DNA of 64,000 nucleotides from positions 474,010 through 538,009 of the forward strand of contig NMRA01000105.1 of assembly GCA_002633005.1 (NCBI GenBank), in the 5' to 3' direction. The stretch comes from Phoronis australis. Lineage: Eukaryota; Animalia; Phoronida. Of this stretch, positions 13,599 through 25,400 are shown in pieces. Both the position numbers and the translations under genes were made by a program. Each line of letters starts with the position of its first letter. Position 1 is the first letter of the stretch. The notes below the pieces were generated by a model that saw nothing but the letters and a program-made list of their open reading frames with translations, searched no databases and was not told the origin of the DNA.

Positions 13599-13849
13599 AA
13601 TCTCGGCTATTACTACAAATCAATTATAGTGATGAAGAAGATCGCCAATAGCTGAAAAAGATCGATTTAAACTTACGTTACTTTATTAATACGTAATTTG
13701 ATTTAGTGCAATGCAAATTTTTATCAACGTGAACATGATTATTTCAGTGAACTTGTCAAGTTTCCACGTGTATTCTAAGTTCACGCAAACGCGATATTGA
13801 GATCAAGCAAGACAAGTTCACGCACAGCAGAACGATACGATTTCAAACA

Positions 13850-13943
13850 GAAGGAGGCGCTGTAGGCAATATGGTTGCCACTGCAACCAATTTCGGATTT
13901 CGACGGATATTTTTTTCAATATTTATGCTTTAGATTGTGCAAA
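13850..13943 (+). other. Possible non-coding first exon of KLHL12
   Basis: The ATG exon has a splice acceptor 15 nt upstream of the ATG, so an upstream exon is required. A donor AAA|GTAAGT at 13944 follows a CpG-containing stretch. The start coordinate is approximate. Confidence 0.3.
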
Positions 13944-15644
13944 GTAAGTTTTAAAGGTAATTAACGAGCTTCTAGGGTGCTAATTGCTGTCTGATCCCAC
14001 GGTCACGACCAGGGAACTGCTTAAGCTAGCTGTGAATGACTGAGCGTCGAAACACAGCAAGTGAACGATAAATTCAAGTTAAGCGAAGATCCCTGTTACA
14101 CTGTAACAGTGTTACAGTGTTACAATTTGCCTAACTCTATTTGCGGTTCTCAGTTAACGAAACTTACATCAAAATCTAGCATGTGCAACCGTGCGTAAGT
14201 TTTTGCAGCTCTGTCTGAAATTCAAGTGGCACCTACCCGCAATAAGGGATGAGCATCAGTTTCTCACATATAAACTCCTGTCTGCTGCAAGACATCGATT
14301 TCAAAACAGTACGCATAAGTGCCATTTGCACGATTTTTGGTTTGTTAAAGCATAGATTATAGACAACAGATTCTCAACTCTTGTGAACTGTCCTAGAGGA
14401 GGCGCCACTCTCCTAAATTATCAGGTGCAGTTTCCGGTTACCGTTGTGACGGGAAATTCTTGCATCAACGTTACTCTCCAGCACAACAAAAAAGATTATT
14501 ATTTTGGCATTAAAGTCTTCCAGTAGTAGAACTGTTAGTATCTTGAGTACTTTTAGCAATTCTACTACCACCCGACCACACAACAGCCGACAATGATTAG
14601 CAGACCACGTGTACTTGGCGGAAATAACACCCCAAATAATTTGGATAGGTGTCGCTAGTGAATAATGACGTAATGGCTTATGCAAAAGAGCGCAGATTTT
14701 GTCCTCTGAAAGTATACAGAGTTGGCGGTCCATGTACTATAGTCTATGGTTAAAAAAACATTTTTGGGAGGTGATGACAATTTTGCCAAAGCATTAAATT
14801 TCCTCAGAAATTCAGTTTTCTAGTAATAAAGTACTCAGAACTGCTAACGAAGTGCAACCACTTCTGGAAATTTCTTGTGAACAGTGAAAAAAAAACAGTA
14901 GATTGAAGATTCGGTTCAGATAGAGATTAGCCTACAGGTCAATAGTATGGCCCTCAGAGTTGACACATAAGCCTATGATCGCTCCACAAACTGAACAGAA
15001 GAGCAACGGCCTTACGATAATCTCTTCACGCCAATAGCCAACTTAGGGTACTCAAGAAAGAGTAATTTTTAATGACAGTTTTCATCTCTTCAAAAATACA
15101 ATTTGCACTTAAAATTTTCACTTATAAAGGCACTTCAGCGATCCTTTAATTATGGTTCTATGCATTCCATTGTCTCGATTCAAAGCATGTCTATGGGAAA
15201 CGATGTATTTTGGAAAGAATTCCAACTCCACCTTTTGGTCGTTATGCACTTTTTAAAGCTTAGGTGACAACACACAAGTTGGGGACAGGGAAACTGTCTC
15301 AAAATGGCAGCTGGCAAGGGAAGCGCTTGTGAAACTCAATAGAAGTTCATGGGTATTCTCAAATTATGTTTGACAAAATTAAGACGCATCACATATATAA
15401 TGCCTGCTTCATTCAATGTTATTCGCTGTATTTTGAAATTTGTGTTTTTTTGTTGAAGTATTACTGCCTCTGGTTGATACCATGTCACACAGGGGGCCAG
15501 TTTTATTTAGAAATTTCACTCCGCCCAGGTAGTTCTACTCCTCGCGTCATGGTGAAAAATGTAGAGCTGCACAAGAAAATGACGTTCGTTTGATTATTTT
15601 TCACTTTAAAAACGACTGTGAGGGTAATGTTAGTGTAGGTTGAC

Positions 15645-16040
15645 TCACCCAGGTTGGATGGTAGCTGACTGGCTGGCTGTCAACTAGTAATGTATCATTA
15701 ACTTCTGGCATGACCTACAGCACCGTCTGATAAACCCTGTCCAAATCCCTTGCCAGGTGGCAATTGCCTCTTAGCCAAATGGTGTGGATGCTCGACACCG
15801 GTTGAAATCTCAGTGTTGACGGATTTTCTAACATTGGCATCCAACTAAGGGTAGTGAAATGTGTATGTAATTGTTGAGAGTGGCAGATGGAGAGGTAGCC
15901 AGCCTGGTGGTAGATCGAGAACACAAGGAGTCTGTCACTGAGGGTAAATTCCAGGATACAGAAAATTGTAGTATGCTACCGTAGAGTGTTGCTGAGATTT
16001 GTAGGCAGGTAGTGTCCCTGTTCCGTAGATACGTGACTTA
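15645..16040 (-). pseudogene. Frameshifted relic resembling the HMGXB3 / KDZ-transposase-associated cysteine-cluster region
   Basis: Stitching minus-strand frames gives GI/FTLSDRLLV/LDL, then G*EAIAT/RDLDRV...VMPEV. Order and spacing are like HMGXB3 GLFNVGNKLLVSLDL...GYWAFECLTVRDYNDMICGICGVAPKV (recalled sequence, not aligned). Confidence 0.4.
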
Positions 16041-16310
16041 CGGGCATGACGTACAGTCCTATAAAGCGTCTCCAATTGGCAATTGCTTGTTTGTCAATGG
16101 GTTTGGATGTGTGATTAATGTGGGGAACCACTGTTCAAGTCTTGGTTTCAATGGATTTTTCAACATGTAGTACAATGTTGCTTCCTGTGTTTACTGCCTT
16201 GCAATTGGTTTTTGATTTGACCAGTTCAGATGCATTCACAGGAAAAATCTACCTGAATGTTCTATACATCTATAACATATTTGTTTTAATTTCAGCTCCA
16301 CGGTGGCAGC

Positions 16311-16490
16311 ATGGAACGGCAAATCTTCACGGACAGCCATGCCAAATCCATCTTGACAACAATGAACAACCTGCGCAAGACTCACATGCTGTGTGATGTC
16401 ATACTACGGGTCGACAACCAGCAGTTCCCTGCGCACAGGATTGTTCTGGCTGCTTGTAGTGACTACTTTTGTGCGATGTTCACAAATGAG
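16311..16490 (+). CDS. KLHL12: KLHL12 coding exon 1 (BTB N-terminal part)
   Basis: Acceptor ttcag ends at 16295, ATG at 16311, MERQ...CDVILRV...[19 protein letters not shown], donor gtacga at 16491, phase 0. Confidence 0.93.
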
Positions 16491-19400
16491 GTACGAGTTT
16501 GAAATAGTGCAGCACGGTAACTTTTTCCAGTTTGCGTCTTCGAAAAATTACTTGTAAAGTGGTTGCAAACCCGAAGAAGATAAGTTTTCATTTATGCGGC
16601 TTGCCGCAATAAAATTTATGTGTACCTTTCTCCTAATCAGATGAGAAATGATTTTTGGTCTTGTGAAGAACTTATCGTTTGTAGTTTCGGATCGCACTGT
16701 GACCTGATAATTTATGAGTTTGGTCTTGAAGAAACAATGAGCTTTCAGTTCATCTCAAGCCCAACTTTTACTTCGTACCTGAGTAAGAAACAAGATAAGG
16801 CCAATTTTATGCTACTTAGTCACCTAATTTAAAACTTTGTTTTGATAGAAAGCACATGTTTAATCCCTCTTTGATTATTTTGCTCAAACTTGGAGCCCAT
16901 ACCTAATTTTGGAAATAGGTAATTATGGCCTGTCCCAAATTCAAGAATTACAGTCAACAACAAATGATCATTCACTTCGTTGTTACACACCATGGAAAAG
17001 CATGGAAACGGGGCATCATTGGCTATTCAGATAATGTTATGAATTGCCAAGTCTATTTTCAGATTCATTTGACATAAAGCAATCTCCGATTTTTGAGAAA
17101 TATGACAAACGCCAAAATCACCAGTGTTGCTATCTTGAGAATATAACAAATTTAATTTTGGTTTGAATTCTGGTGTCCCAAAGTTTAGAGACCACCCCAA
17201 AGTGAAGAATTTTCACTGTAATGGATAAGTTACAAAACTTACCCACTAGCTGTCACAATGTTAAGTTGCAATATCTGAGCTTTGCCAACCTTGAAATGTT
17301 TTGCACCTTTTGTTGTCTTGTGACAAATAAGACGTTATCTATTACTACTGCACTGTATAAGTAGGTAAATATCTTTTCGTTAAGAAATCAACATCATCTT
17401 AATGCAAAACTTTCCGTAATTTCTGACAATTTGCACTAAATTTTCTTCTTTGTCATTTTCGCCATAGCCTTGATGGAATTTGGTGTCTGACAGCCTTTGT
17501 CAACTTTTTATAACTATTAAATGTGCAGATGTCGGAGAAAGACCAGGCTGTGATTGAACTGAAAGGGATCTCTGGCGAGGTGATGGAGGTGTTGCTTGAC
17601 TTTGTTTACACGGAGACTGTTGATGTTACCGTGGAGAATGTACAGGAACTCCTCCCTGCAGCTTGCCTGTTACAGCTCACTGGTAAATAACGGTTCCAGT
17701 TTTGATTGATCGTCACTTATGTGGCACGTATAATAGAAACTTGGAAATTTGTTTTGTAAATAAAGGGTAAAATTAAGAGAATTGTAATTTGTCATTTTCA
17801 AGATTATATAGCTGGCATAACACATCACGTGACAACATTTTGTGTAGTTTTAGTAAGATAATCGTACACATGCAATTCTGCTTAATGAATGAATGTTAAT
17901 ACAGTTTTGTGTATTTTCAACAGGTGTGAAGCATGCGTGCTCAGAATTCCTTGAGCAGCAGCTGGACCCCTCCAACTGTCTGGGTATACGCATATTTGCT
18001 GAGAACCACAACTGTCAGGACTTGCTGCGCGCTGCCGAAGCATATAGCTTTAAGCACTTTGAAGAGATTGTACAGAATGAAGAATTCATTGGCCTTAGTG
18101 CTGATGTCCTGGAGAGATTGATAGCTGGTGATGAAATTCAGGTCAACCTTTAAATTTTTGTCTGTAGAGGGACAAAATATTGAAAAGTATATTTCTCTCT
18201 CGATATTTCGTCTTTGATTTGAATTTAACAGAGCTTGGAATTTTCTGCGGAAATGCATATTTCCACTTTTTTCAAATGTTCTGTTCGCGTATTTTATTAT
18301 ATTTCTCGTAAAAAAATCGGATTTGATATAAAATTTCTGCGGCAAATTTCATTCTTACTGCGGCGTTGCTGACGACTTTCACCACGAAAAGTGGAAGTTG
18401 CTCTTTATGTTTCGGAGGAACATAAACTGTCAACATTGCCGGGGGCACCTGGGATAGCGTGGTGGATTTCTTCAATGGTGTCTCGTGAGATTGTAAATCG
18501 CGGTGACATATACTATGACTTTGCAGCCAAAAATGAGTGGACGAACGAGCTAAAAAGACGCAGACGCACGCTTCTGGAGGTGGTACCCTTTTTTTAGTCC
18601 TCCCGATTTTTGTTGGCAGAAGGTCCACAACGACATTTTCAAGGCTGGGTGCGCGCATGTTTCGGGCCGTAAAAATTTCCGCTTTTTTTGTCATTGGTCA
18701 TTCCAAGCCCTGATTTATAATCGATAGTGTCATATGCATTTTAGTTCCACACTAGAAAATGTTCCAGTCAGAAAAAAGTTCCAGTTTTTTGTATTTTTTG
18801 TTTCCTTTTAACTTCATTGTTCGTGAAATTCTTCTTTGTTTCTACATAATGATGTGTTATGTAATGACTTTTACTGTAACTCAACTAATGGTGGTTATTT
18901 GTGAAATTTGTGTATACGTGTTGTTGGAGAGACATTACCGCTTGGTCTTTCTTCCTCTTCTATCTTAGACTAATGCTGTACGTTTTAATCAGCAAAAATT
19001 ATACTTTTCATCTTCTAGCCAGGAATGGCACTTCAAAGTACATTGTATCTTTTGTTTGAATCCAAGCTAGATGCAAAGATACTCACACAACTGTGGACTT
19101 TACTCCTAAAAGGTGGCGCTGTTGACACCAATTTTACAGCATATGACTTGGTCTTGTGAAGAAAAAGACCCAAAGGATCGTTGTTTGATGAAACAGAGCT
19201 AAAAATTTGTATTGACTTGATGGGTGTGTCGCCTTGGACGCAGTTTTTGATTAGTTGAAAATTTAAAACTGAATAAATGAGGATCGTCCGTTCTGTTCTT
19301 GGTTATCATCGTAAGAATTCCACCAGTCTGTCTCATTTTTCCAGTATACATTGTATATGGTTCTTTGGTAGTGTATTTTCTGCTTTCTTAGACCCCAAGA

Positions 19401-22400
19401 AATTGAAGTGGACCCCAGAAAGGAAGTGTGTGTGTGTGTGTGGCATACATTGTTAATGTAACTACGGTTCTTATCAATATTCATGAGCTATTGCATTGGT
19501 TAAAATTAACATTTATTTAACAAAACCAGAAAGACTGGAGATTTTGCCAATTTGTTTTCATTTTCGTCCATTGGGTAACAATTTTTTGTCATAATTGCCA
19601 GAACAACTCATAAAATCAGTCGAGTGCTCTGTCATTGTCATAACAGAAGGTGCCATCTGTCAGTTGTAACAAGACTTGCTGTGACCTGCAGCATCACCTG
19701 GTGAAGCCTGAGGTTGAGTCGGTACCTCTTGCAGTGTTGAAGCATTAAAAGTGCGAAAAATGCTCAAAACCGAACAATTGCTATCTTGTTCTCAGCCCGG
19801 TAAATGTTTGTTTTATTTCATGTAGGTCGTGTCTGAAGAGCAAGTGTTTGAAGCTGTCATGAACTGGGTTAAGCATTCACCAGAAGAACGGGCAGAACAT
19901 CTTGCCAGGCTGCTGGAGTTTGTACGGCTCCCTCTGTTGTCTGCTCGCTACATCACAGATGTCGTTGATGCAGAGGTTTGTTATTCCACATAATTAATGA
20001 CTCTAGATGAATAAGGTAAATTTAAAATCATAGTTTTTCTTTGTGGATTTTGTTACAAATGGATTTGCCCAGCGCACTCCTGTGCCTATTCAGAGCAACA
20101 CCCTGAAAGTTAAAATTAAGAAACTAAAAAGTTAAGGGATGTGCCCTAAATGTAAGTGACTTATAAGTGACTCAGAAGTGAAATTATTTTAAACTTGTGA
20201 ACACATTTAGACAAAGCCAGAGGTAAAGTTGAAGAGAACTGGTAATTTGTAAAAAGGTAAAGTTGTTAAGTTGGTTACCTTTGGTAATTTCGCTCACATG
20301 AGGGCACTGTGACAATCAGATAAGGCTGGAGTTGGCATTAGAAGCCTCCTGTGGTAGCAATAGGGCAGCAACTCACTTCTGTTGCAAATTGTTTGTCTAA
20401 AGGTGAAAATTATCTCCCTTGGCAAATCAGCAGATGAATGGATGTATTAGTAGTTCACTCACTATTCATTATAATTGTGTGTTATTTTGTGTGATGAGGT
20501 CTTGACAAGGGAATTGGGTGGAAAACCCAGTGAGTTATTGATGCCATCAACTGGGTGAAGGTAGCATACCGTCCAGCATCATTCCTGATTATGATGGCAA
20601 ACATTGTTTTTGGACTTTTGTATGAATTGTGCAAAAATTTGAGTCACGACTAAGTGGCAGAGATGTGTATTCCCCTGTCTTCTGACAGTTTTCATCTAGT
20701 CACAATCAGGGATTTCATTATGTTGTTTCTACAAAAATAAACACAAGTAACATTCCAAGTTAAAGCAAACGCTTAATTATGATGGTTTGTAGAAAGAGTA
20801 TGCTATATGATAAATTATATTATAAGGTAATGAAAATAACATTAACAGTATATGTTCATATATTTTGAGAAATTACTAGGCTCCACCTGCAAAGTTTATC
20901 TTCGTCCTTGAGCCTTGACTAGCAGACAACCTGTATCTTATTTGGTCATAGCGCCACCACATGTATGATATTCCTAAAATACCCCATTGGTTAGGTTTTC
21001 TGGGTAAGATTTAAGCATTTGTGCAGCCAGACATTGTAAGGTAGTGGTGGACATGGTTGCTTTTCAATCGTACATTTTACTGTCATTTCAGCCACTGGTG
21101 AAGGGCGACCACACCTGCCGAGACTACCTGGACGAGGCTAAGAAATATCACCTGAGGCCTGATCTACGCGTGTGTCTACAAGGACCCAGGACTAAACCAC
21201 GCACAGGTGGAGTATATGCAGAGTGTCTGCTTTGTTCTGGTATTGTAGAAGTTACAACTAGTTATTGTATTAGAGTGTAGGACAGTCTCTTGCAATTAAA
21301 GTTTCGGAAAAAGATGCTATAACTAAAATGGGTGATGTTAATCAGTTTAATAGGCTTAACCAAGATTCATTTTCAAGCAAAAAACTTGGAAGTCCATTTT
21401 GGCAAAATAATCATGTTTTAAGATAATTTCACCATCAAATTCAAAATTTCGGCATGGTTGTATTTTACTGCTAAGGATGGTTGGTGCAAATCTCTAGAAG
21501 CACTCCGCTAACAAAATTAAGGTACAGAAACCCTTACGGCGTCTCTTACTGCTGTTGTATTCGTCTGTTGATTGTCATTGCTTGTCCTGTACAGTATACT
21601 GACGTAGTCCGTTAATACGCAGTTCATTGTTTCAGGCTCTCAAGAAATACTGGTTGTCCTGGGTGGATTCGGTCACCATCAGAGCCCCATAGATATAGTG
21701 GAGATGTATCACCCGGAGACAACACAGTGGAAGCCTTTACCGGTACATATATATCATGTATCACGGTTATATGTATATATCTATATCTATATCCATCTAT
21801 ATTTATATATATATGTATGTATGTATGTGTGTATATATATATAAATATAGATGGATATAGATATATATCTATATTTATATATATACGGTATATCTATATT
21901 ATCTATATCTATACATATTTCATTGAAAACACGACTTTGATCATTTTTTACTAGTTTAATCTCAGCGGTTCCAACGGACGCTGTGCCCACAAGTGGCAAT
22001 TCATTTTATTCTGTTTTCCTTTGTTTCTCTGAAGTTCTTTGACAGATTTTTGTGAAATATGGCATATTCCTGTTTTTGGATGGATTGTATGTTTTTGCGC
22101 TATCTAGTGGCCATTTATATGATACAAATAAATAACCCTAAAAGCACACCATTTGCAATGCATTCATTGGCGCATTTCAATGCTCCGCGTTGTTCTTGTT
22201 CTGTTTTCCGTGACATAGATGTAAGTTTTCATTCACTCCCCTATCCTTTTCAAACGGGTCACCTTTTCTGTTTGTATTTCAGCCAATCACCAAGCGGCGT
22301 CGCTACGTGGCCGCTGCAGCTATCAAACACCAGCTGTATGTAGTTGGTGGTTACGATGGTTCATCCCGACTAAACACTGTCGAGTGTATAGATCTGAGTC

Positions 22401-25400
22401 ACGACTGTCCAACATGGCGCACAGTTGCTCCAATGCAGTGTCGCAGGGGCCTGGCGGGAGTGTGTACATATCGAGGTGTGTTGAATTTGAGAATAGGCTG
22501 TTCCTCATTTGTTTGATAAACCCTACATTAATGTCAATAAGTTGCATGGCTATAAAACTGTCTAAGGTCTCAGTGCTACGAGTTTTCCTTTTACAGACCT
22601 GATGGCATGTTGCACATGCGTAACTATAACTGACTCAAAAATGGCCGCCTAGATGCCACTCATACCTGCGCTAAGAATGCAGACGGGAAGTCTGATGAGA
22701 AGAATGCTCAGCCACATTAAACAAGCATTCACAAGGGCATGCTGTCTGCTGTCTAGATGTACAAAATGCTGTACAAAATGCTACTGTTCTGATCAATCGT
22801 GTGATCACTGCAATTGAAAAGAACATAACGACAAGTTTTGTCATTGAAATTTTGCATTCTCATGTCAAGAATGCAGATCTGACAGAAGATTTGGAAGCAG
22901 ACAATAAGAGACCAGACCAGACATCTGGCTAACATTCATGTGAACTTTTTTCAGATGGCGAATCAGGTGCTCTTGTGCCTTTTTGACGTACTATGCATGT
23001 TTTCAGAGGCTCTGAGTAGTTTTATTGAAAAGGACAAGCAAAGGTCTGTCACAGTGAATTAGTTATTCCCAGAGCAGTTTCCTGGAAAACGGACTAAGGT
23101 GTGCTTCGGAGAACTAGTTGTAATACAAACCAATACTGTAACCAGTTGGCAAGGAAACTGGTAGTCGAGATGATGCCAATAAATGATAAAGAAAACAATG
23201 GCTACCTACCCAAGTCACTGCCATTGTTAAGTATTCATTATATGGCTACACAGTGACCATAGAGTTTTTCAAGTCCTCTATGAGCCAAAATTGTGATAGA
23301 GAACTTTTTACGGACCCTTTACATTGAACACCTCAAGACAATATACTTGAATCTGCATGGCTTCAACAGGTCAAAATTGGCCAGCTTCAAAGTAAGATAA
23401 AATAAAAGCTAAAATATATGAGCTCCATGTATAACTATAGAAAACAAAAATTGTCAACTTGTCTTATTTCACGACTCAGTTTATTATTTACTCGTCACTC
23501 GCCTGTGTGTGAAAAAAGATTACCCATACAAGATAATATCAATATTATCTGATACAAGATAATATCCATATTATCTGAGAAGTGCTCACCGTGACTGCAA
23601 GAACTGAAATATTGTTGCATCACTACAGTACTTGCTAATTACCCCTTCAGTTCTATTAATCTGCTTTCCAAACCATAATATTTGACTTGCTAAATTCTTC
23701 TACAGTACAAAAAGCTTTTTCTTGTAGATCAGATATACGTGTCCGGTGGTTTCGATGGGTCAACCCGTCACCGCACAATGGAGCGATACGACCCGACAAT
23801 TGACGAGTGGAACCTATTGGGTGCCATGGAGACAGGCCGTGAGGGGTCAGGTTTGGTAACAGTCGGGGACCAGATCTACTGCATCGGCGGGTACGATGGC
23901 GTCAATCTGTTGAACTCTGTTGAGAAGTATGACCTGCCAGGGTGTCAATGGACATCAGTTGCCCCTATGTCTATAAGGCGATCAGGTATTTTTTATTGTG
24001 TGGATTGTTAAACGTTACAGTCTGTGAGATATCGGTGTTTTTTAGTAAAACGAGTTGTTATCATATGAAAGTTGTGCCTCTGCAATGCATGGCCATGGAT
24101 TTCAGCTTTCATGTAAAAGAAATGATCTTGGGTATGTCTCTGTATGGTATAGCAGTTGTCCTGTCTGACAGGTTTTAAAACTGTACTTAAATGAACAAGT
24201 ATTGCTGTAACATGTTTTGTTTTTAATAACTAATTGTGCAAATTTCAAGTCAATTACTGGCCGTTTTGGACTGACTGTTCTCCAATTTTGCGAATTGTCT
24301 GTTAAGTATCAGTCCACGGATCCACCGACCACTGTACAGCCAACAAGCGGCAAGGTGGGGGGTCAACCATTCAGATCCATGTTTAGTCTGATAAATCACA
24401 TTAGGGATGAGAGAAAATGGGTGAAGTATGACACCACAAAGTTTGGTGGTTTAGGAGATACATGGGAAGTGTTCTTGGGGGCAAAATGAGGCAATTTCTT
24501 GCTGTGGAATGAGTCATTTTTGACCAAATTTTCTACTCCAGTTTCTGCTTCAAACAGAATCGTTTCTGAACAATTTTGATATCACATGATAGGTTCATGA
24601 CCAATGTCAGTAAAAACGGCACCGACACTGCAATATCGGTTACCATGGTAACACTGCAACTGTTTCCGTGGAGGTACATTTCCGTCTTGTGAAAAACCAG
24701 CAGTAAGCTGTNNNNNNNNNNNNNNNNNNNNNNNNNNNNNNNNNNNNNNNNNNNNNNNNNNNNNNNNNNNNNNNNNNNNNNNNNNNNNNNNNNNNNNNNN
24801 NNNNNNNNNNNNNNNNNNNNNNNNNNNNNNNNNNNNNNNNNNNNNNNNNNNNNNNNNNNNNNNNNNNNNNNNNNNNNNNNNNNNNNNNNNNNNNNNNNNN
24901 NNNNNNNNNNNNNNNNNNNNNNNNNNNNNNNNNNNNNNNNNNNNNNNNNNNNNNNNNNNNNNNNNNNNNNNNNNNNNNNNNNNNNNNNNNNNNNNNNNNN
25001 NNNNNNNNNNNNNNNNNNNNNNNNNNNNNNNNNNNNNNNNNNNNNNNNNNNNNNNNNNNNNNNNNNNNNNNNNNNNNNNNNNNNNNNNNNNNNNNNNNNN
25101 NNNNNNNNNNNNNNNNNNNNNNNNNNNNNNNNNNNNNNNNNNNNNNNNNNNNNNNNNNNNNNNNNNNNNNNNNNNNNNNNNNNNNNNNNNNNNNNNNNNN
25201 NNNNNNNNNNNNNNNNNNNNNNNNNNNNNNNNNNNNNNNNNNNNNNNNNNNNNNNNNNNNNNNNNNNNNNNNNNNNNNNNNNNNNNNNNNNNNNNNNNNN
25301 NNNNNNNNNNNNNNNNNNNNNNNNNNNNNNNNNNNNNNNNNNNNNNNNNNNNNNNNNNNNNNNNNNNNNNNNNNNNNNNNNNNNNNNNNNNNNNNNNNNN

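Noticed and set aside
23986-23995. U12-type intron donor for KLHL12 intron 8
   Set aside because: GTATTTTTT does not match the U12 consensus GTATCCTT.
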